From NCBI RefSeq assembly GCF_009914755.1, contig NC_060930.1: a DNA stretch of 64,000 nucleotides. One strand, 5' to 3'. The position numbers and the translations under genes were made by a program. A model generated the notes under the pieces. That model had not been told where the DNA came from and searched no databases. It saw only the letters and a list, made by a program, of their open reading frames with translations. The stretch is from the human T2T-CHM13v2.0 reference genome, Homo sapiens. Positions 56,731 through 64,000 of the stretch are shown here, in pieces (position 1 is the first letter of the stretch; the number at the start of each line of letters is the position of its first letter).

Positions 56731-57096
56731 TGATATGTTTTGGCTCTGTGTCCCTACCCAAATCTCACCTTGAATTGTAATAATCACCTTGTGTTAAGGG
56801 CAGGGCCAGGTGGAGATAATTGAATCATGGGGGGGCAGTTTCCCCCATACTGTACTTGTGCTAGAGAGTGATTTCTTATGAGATATGATAGTTTTATAAG
56901 CATCTGGCATTTCTGCTGCTGGTACATTCTCTTTTTGCCTGCTGCCATCCATGTAAGATGTGACTTGCTCCTCCTTGCCTTCCATCATTATTGTGAGGCC
57001 TCCCCAGCTATGTGGAACTGTAAGTCCATTTAAACCTCTTTTTTATTCCCAGTCTCAGGCATGTCTTTATCAATAGTGTGAAAACAAACTAATACA
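56731..57096 (+). mobile_element. THE1 (C/D-like) solo LTR
   Basis: TGATATG...CTAATACA; 5-bp TSD ATGAC/ATGGC. Confidence 0.93.
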
Positions 57097-57285
57097 ATGG
57101 CCAACACTTTTAAAAACTTTAAAACCCCAAGATAAGAAGATGAAATTTACTGCTCGCATTCTTATTCAGTTACATACATTATTGTGGAAATATCTACTTT
57201 CACTCAAATCACAATCAGTATTTTCTATGAAAATAATACATTTATATCATGGCTTTGTTTTGGGAAAACAAATTAACTTGTAAAG

Positions 57286-57675
57286 TATGGCAGACACAAT
57301 GCTACAAGTACAGCAAACGATTTCTTTGTTCCTCCTGGATACATGGGTAGCTCATTTCCTGACCATGTGGTCAACTCTGGCCAATGAAGGGAAAGCAGGG
57401 GGTGGTGCATGTCCTTCTAGACTTGGCTTTCAAAACCTGTACCACAATCTCTTTTTCATCCACCATGATCTTGGACGTGCATGACCCTGACAACTTAGCT
57501 ACAGGTGAAACCACCTGGGTTCTAAATATGACTTGGAGGAAAGCTCTCCCCACTCCACCTCCCAGCTCCAGAGAATTGCTCACTATGTCAGTAAATACAA
57601 ATTATTTGTTGTTGTTTAAGCCACAGAGGTTTTGGAAGAATAATGTTTCTCAATAGCAGCTACCTGGCTAATACA
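57286..57675 (+). mobile_element. MLT1I/J-like LTR
   Basis: CTGGCCAATGA...TTGTTTAAGCCAC...GGCTAATACA. Confidence 0.65.
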
Positions 57676-60586
57676 TATTTTATAGCCATACAGCCTGTTT
57701 GACCTTTTGGGAAGGACAAAGGGGTTTCTGCTTTAAAGTAGAACTGTAATTTCCATGGAGGAGATTTACAAAATACTTATTTTTCTTTGAGGGAGAGTGA
57801 AACCGTCAGCATTCAGTTTTAAGTTAGTTCAAGCTATATTAAAAGTCAAATGTGAAGTGTTCTTAGTTTTCTTTAGGAGGTTTTGTGCACTAAAAAACAG
57901 CAAAACCAAAAAATACCTTTGTGAAATTTTCTTTTGTTTTAAAATTATTGTTTGCATTATTAAAGTTACAAATCCAAAACCTAGCTCTTTCCTAAGTTTC
58001 TAAGTTTACGTTACAATCTTATTATTTAGAAATCCAGTAAATATTCAGCAGTCACTTTTAAGAGACTTTATGTTTACTGTTTAAAGAAATTTGGTTAATA
58101 GAATTTTTAAAAATATGTTAAATGGCATATATACACTTAATATATTTGAATTCAGAGAACAGCTCAATTAGTTGACTTACACAAAACTTTCCCAAATGCT
58201 GACAGGACTCATATATGTAATAATTTAAACTTATAAATATAATGAGACTTTCTCCTAAATGTTCTAACACTGTACATAAATTTAATAAGATTTCAACCTA
58301 AAATCACAAGTCTAAAGTAATTACCCAACTATTCATTCTAAATGTAAATTTTTTAAAAACGGACCTGTTTAATAGGTAAAATTATATTATGTATTTTAAT
58401 ATGTAAGTTATTAAATATGTGCATATTCTTTAGCAGAAAATGTTAATACTGTGGATTTGATTCTTTTAAGAATTTTTATACTTTACAAAGATGCCAGCCT
58501 GCTAATAAAACATTATATTTTACCAAGCAAATTTTAGGGAGTTCCTTCTTATCCAGTTGGAGTTGTATGATGACCAGAAATGCTACTAGATTCTTGATGG
58601 TGACACTGATGGGTCTGTAGCAGGAACTGCTTCATAACTGAACTCCTTAAATTGGTCTTGTAGGCCTCACTAGGGATGTAGTCTTCATCTCTAGTGAACT
58701 CAGAGAAGGTTGTTTATTTGATTTTTAAATTTAAATACACTTTTCAGGTTTTTTAAATTTTAATTTAATTTTTTTTAACTTAACAGGACCATACAAGTGA
58801 CATCTAGTTGAATCGTGTATATCTCTTATGGCTTAGAGATCACAGTACAACTTCCAAGGCCTTTCTTAGCAGTAGCATCAGACCAATGGTGCCCCATAGC
58901 CAGGCCCTCTCTTGAAGAATTGGTAGATGCTGATTAAGCATATTCACTACATGCTCAGACTGAGAACTCTGTCCCGCTGAGAGACACGTTTGGAATCACA
59001 TGAAGCATCACATCTGCAGCAGTATAGTGATCTGTCAACAGAGCCCACACCACTGGGCCTCCCCAGACATTTGTCTTCAACTAGAACCTGAAGTTTTGTT
59101 CAAAGTAGTTTTGTAATCATCTAGTCTAATTCAGCTTTTTACATGAAATACAAATGAAATTAACAGAAGAAAGAATCTTGTACACATCACTAGTTATAGA
59201 CAATACCAATACTTTCTCCATAAACTCTTGAGACTAGGTCATTGTTCTTGCCTAATGAAACTTTGGACAAACTTAAGATGAGTAGAGAGTCAGAAGCCAC
59301 AAAACAGAGCAAGGCAAGCATATAATCCTTCTGCATCAGAAAGAGGACACTGTCTCACCACTTCCAGATCACTTGACTCTCAACCACAAAGGCTGATGCA
59401 ATATCTTTCTCCCCACAACTTAATCTCTGCTGAGCTCTAGCTCTAATGAACTTATTTATCTGAAATGAGACCCTCAGAGCTGTTCAATAACAGTAGAAAC
59501 TTCAATGACAAAAATTTCTGATGTCTAAGTTTATTTACTGCTGAACAGATATTGTAACAGGGAGTACACAAAATTCAATTTCAAGCAGAAACTTCTAGGA
59601 TGAACCTTAGGGGTTAAAAGAAAGAAATAAAAAGAAACAAAGTTCTTTCACTTTCCCAGATGACTGACACCACCAGAGATTACTTCAGGAAAAAAAAAAA
59701 AATCTTAAATGGTAATGACTTCAGTTCTCAAACCCAAAGTTGAGAGAAATCCCACAGTTATTAAAGTTAATAAATCAGTGAGAGAGAGAGAGAGATCCTG
59801 CATGAAAATTGTCCAGATTTTGCATTTTTCTGCACACAGAATTCAAAGGATTTCTGTATCTACTCCCTCCCTTTTCCTTTACCTCATTCACCATGGGTAT
59901 CTTAAAAACAGCAAAGAGACTCAAGGGACGCACAGTTCTATAAGATGTAATTATGGTACCTTATTTTTAAGAGTTTAAAAGTGCATCTTTATGGCCTTAT
60001 GCAGCCACAGTAACTTTTATATGTTTGATTGACATAAAGCATGCATTGGCATGAAACATTTCCTCAAACTGTAGAAATGTGGAGATTTTAGTCACCCTGC
60101 TCACCCCTCCTCCAAGTGACGTCCCCTCTATGCTTCCTGTCCCTCTTCATTTGATTAGTACTATTGATCAGCTGTAGTTTGCAGAAAGCAGTTAGTGACC
60201 CCAGAACAGCTCTTCTGGTTGTTGTAAAAGCTAAAATGAACTGAAATAAAGTGCATATGATTTATGGGTTACACATGCATGTGGAACTCAGAAGGCCCGC
60301 CATTTTCAAATCATTTTTAAGGTGATCTTTCACACATGAAGGTTTACTTTGTCTCAGTTTGACTTTTGATTTTTTTTAAGTGAAAGGGGCCACTTTTCTC
60401 TCTAAGATAGAAGAGATGTTTTTGTATAGCAGATACACAGAGTTCTGAAGTTTTATAGGGTGACTAATACCCTATAGGGATAAATCAGGCTGTCAGCTTT
60501 TCTGAGAGCTTTGGCTAGAACCCCAAATGTTGGCTAAAGGCATCAGGGCAAGAGCCTCATCTTAGGAAAAGACTTTCTATCCCGAA

Positions 60587-60760
60587 ACTATAAATACAAA
60601 TGTATTTATAGTGTATTTCTAATGTGTATTGATAATGTATATATTTTATATACATTTATATATAATATATAAATATATTATATATATTTATAGTATAAAT
60701 ACACTATACTATACACTATAGAAATATGTATTCTATAGTGTACTTATAATGTATATTCTA
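60587..60760. repeat. AT-rich array of short palindromes
   Basis: Four perfect hairpins with 10-12-bp arms plus one long-range 12-bp inverted pair. Confidence 0.9.
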
Positions 60761-61807
60761 AAATAACAAAAAGTCTAGGCTCTAAGAGAAATCGAAGTAA
60801 CCTTATGTTTAGCTATATTTTTATTTTTACTAGAGATAGCTTTATTAGCATTGTCAAACAAACAAAAAATAAGCATTGACCATTGCTCCTTGAATATTGC
60901 TTTAAAGTTCTATAAAATAAGATTGGCTACCTCATGGGGTACCTCCTGTTCATTTGTTAAGGAAGAAAAGAGAAAGTTCTCTGGCATCACATTTTAAACT
61001 AATGATTTAGATTTCAATGACCTCTCTGTTGTTAATAAGGACTTTTTCTGATAATTCAGAAAAAAAACTTACCTCAAAGACTCTCTTCACGTATCTTGTG
61101 AAGTATCCTGTGTAACTGTTTACCAAAAGCAGCCCCGATAGTCTCTCTCTCTTCAGATTTTCCTGACCAGATGTCTATTTTTAGTCACTGTATGTAGCCA
61201 CTAATAACTCTTCCTTTGGGTGACTAAGGAAGCATGGAGGTCTAGCTAATTTATTTTACCTCCCCATTTTCCCACCAGTAGACCAGGAATTGTAGCCAAT
61301 TAGTTAATAAGTATTTGCTAAGTGCCCACAGAGCGAAAGTGTGTACTACACTGAACCTTTTGGTCAATTCATCCTGAGAAAACATGTAGCGGTTTAACAC
61401 AGAAAACCTCAACTTCCCAGGGGCTAGATACCCAGGATCTCTGGTTTCTAAAAAAACATGAACAAACACCTATTTTGATGGCATCCTGAATTTTCAGTAA
61501 TTGATAAGTGACAGGAAAGAAAAAGCCGAAGTCCGGATACACTGTGATGAGTCAGTTATTTGCTTATAATTAAATGAGCATTATGATTGGCTTGCAAGGG
61601 TGATAAAAGACCATTTTGCACTTCTATCAGTTTTTTTGTTAGCTAACAAGCAGGCAACAGAAGAAGCAAAAAATAGAAAATGCAAAGAGGAGAAAGAAAG
61701 GAGGAGAAATCTTATTAAATCCCCATTTGGCCAGATAATATTTTGAGATTATTAATAATTGAATGGGTTCTCCTTGTATTTGTTCCTGTGTCTTTTTACT
61801 CACTCAC

Positions 61808-64000
<2,193 letters not shown>

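Noticed and set aside
58770-58930. Plus-strand acceptor TTTTTTTAACTTAACAG as a coding exon start
   Set aside because: All three frames hit stops within a few codons and the donor is weak.

Overview
Human genomic DNA (a perfect AluYa5 is present), AT-rich and CpG-depleted, and either intergenic or deep intronic. I found no host protein-coding exon, RNA gene or CpG-island promoter. Every ORF in the track with a recognisable product is a LINE-1 fragment; the others look like Alu, simple-repeat or chance ORFs. More than half of the window is transposon-derived and often nested. The main elements are a 5'-intact L1PA7/8-like element with an internal ORF2 deletion (17801-23079), an ancient 5'-intact L1M lacking most of ORF2 (7255-11629), a twin-primed inverted L1PA (62198-64000), an ERVL gag-pro-pol fossil, many MaLR/ERVL LTRs, DNA transposons, L2/MIR/CR1 relics and nine Alu copies or fragments, including young Ya5 and Yi6-like copies. 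I found no new protein-encoding system. The most interesting unexplained signals are: repeat-poor, homeodomain-motif-rich blocks that retain CpGs (candidate conserved enhancers, best at 23.5-25.7 kb); a 27-bp-arm hairpin at 14.7 kb; a 20-bp insertion templated from exactly 1200 bp away; a tail-less internal L1 fragment flanked by a 13-bp direct repeat; an AT-rich multi-hairpin stretch; and several minus-strand splice-site pairs hinting at a non-coding transcript. Subfamily names come from remembered consensus sequences and need RepeatMasker/Dfam confirmation.
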